Below, piece by piece: positions 62,461 to 64,000 of a stretch of DNA of 64,000 nt. Both the position numbers and the translations under genes were made by a program. Source of the stretch: Phoronis australis (lineage: Eukaryota; Animalia; Phoronida); the NCBI GenBank assembly GCA_002633005.1, contig NMRA01000832.1, positions 46,481 through 110,480 of the forward strand, written 5' to 3'. The first letter of the stretch is position 1; each line of letters opens with the position of its first letter. Under the pieces are notes generated by a model. That model searched no databases and was not told the origin of the DNA. It worked only from the letters and a program-made list of their open reading frames with translations.

Positions 62461-64000
62461 GCAAGTTAATTACCGAGTGTGATATTTTCACGAAGTATTT
62501 GTTTTATGAAAAATATCCGTCATTTCAGTTTACAATGAAGTCTCGACAAATTGATGTCGCAAGTTTTAATTTGAATTTTTAATCCGAATTAACTAATTAA
62601 AACAAAGATAAAGTTATGAACAGAACTGTGTTTTAGTTAAAAATAAAACTAAATGGATACTTTCCTCTTTTACTGGCATTCAAATAATATTGCACGCTCG
62701 TATTCAGAATGTCATTGCTATTTCAATTGAAAAAGCAAACCTATGGACGTATATTGTTAAAGCATCCTTTAATTAATTAAATATGCATTTTTCATTTCAT
62801 TTGCATGATACACTCGCTGATCAAACACTGTTCACCTATAACAGAGATGTACATCTATACCTTCAGTTCATTGCTCGGTGATTATCGAAAAACAGTCAAA
62901 AGAAGACACGCATTAAACCAGTAACGCTTGTATATTTGTACTTGTCAAATAAATCCACGATACTCGTATTAACTGCTTAAGCTGACAGTCAGTTTTAAGA
63001 TAACGAGATTCTCAGTGAGTACAAACGTCTGAGATGAGCAGTGATAATTTTTAATGTATCCAAGGAAGTGCCTACAAACTTAGTGTTTTGCTTTAAAACG
63101 TACGCGAAAACATCAATTCTTAAACGTGCGTACGCGAAAAACGTAACAAATAATAGTAATCTATCGCGTTTCTAACTACTTCTAAATGATTTCCAAGTAC
63201 GAGTTGAATGAAAATGTTCTCACATAACCTTTGTAGGTGGTCAAATACAAGTAAACAGGTATTTCTATGCATGCCCAATATTAAAGTGCCATGATTCTGA
63301 GTAAGCTACTATCGGTGATTCGTGTAATATCGGTACAGGGCTTGTGTTTGTTTATTGGTAGCCACACGCGCATTTGCAATTCAAGTGGGGCCCCACAAAG
63401 AGCCATAAAGCCGAAGAATTTACAAATATACTTGTTGAATGGCATATATCAATCACATGTCTTGATATTAACATAGAGGGGAACAATTCTTTATGCCAAT
63501 AAACTTAATATTAAATCAAAGGCATTCCTGTTACTGAATAGAAACGCATAACAACATGCTAACGATGTCAGATGTTACATTGCTATAGAATGGGACTTGT
63601 GGCCCCATTCAACAGTCAGTTGTAACTGCGCATAAAAGCTGTATTTTACAAACTGACTAAAAGCTTAACATTAAATCGACTCAAGTGGTTGTAAGAAGAT
63701 CGAGATTGGTAGAGACCACCAATTAAATCCCTTTAGTAAATAGACCAAATTACGTGAAAGGTGGATTCTCGACATGTCTTAAACGTGAAACCACTCGACG
63801 TAGTTTGAACAGAGATTCAGAGTCTCGTGAAATGGGCACCGCAATTCAGACGCAACAAACATACATTTAAGTCTGAAATGGTTTTGATATTTGACCTTTA
63901 TTGGCTTGCGTTGACAAATATTGTCTTATTAATTGTAGACGACATGGCGTGTTTTTGTAAGGATTCAACGACGCTGTTTGGCACACTGTTGCTACAATCC

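Overview
Eukaryotic (animal, probably marine invertebrate) genomic DNA with GT-AG introns, many transposon relics and three single-N scaffold joins (13786, 34129, 38399). Two convergent spliced genes can be assembled by hand with consistent intron phases. (1) On +, a six-exon RBM4/lark-like RNA-binding protein (4250-8441, ~206 aa: one RRM, RGG box, Tyr/Arg/SP-rich tail, no zinc knuckle), followed by a probable ~6 kb hairpin-rich 3' region. (2) On -, a complete 22-exon TANGO1/MIA3 (55136-24857, ~1869 aa: signal peptide, MIA-type SH3, acidic repetitive lumenal region, TM, coiled coils, Pro-rich tail). A possible first exon of a third gene lies at 62279. Mobile DNA includes a hAT element with an exact 8-bp TSD, MITEs, tRNA-derived SINEs, Helentron-type (HINE-like) elements, a DIRS/Ngaro RT relic, a Charlie/Buster-like fragment and several minisatellites. 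The best candidates for something undescribed are: a set of possible autoregulatory RNA elements in the RBM4-like gene (stop-producing tandem 3' splice sites, a stop-on-retention last intron with competing pairings, a 9x35-nt stem-loop array, a long fold-back), and an SR-protein-like YSRSPSPR repeat ending the cytosolic tail of TANGO1. Gene models come from manual reading and have no transcript support.
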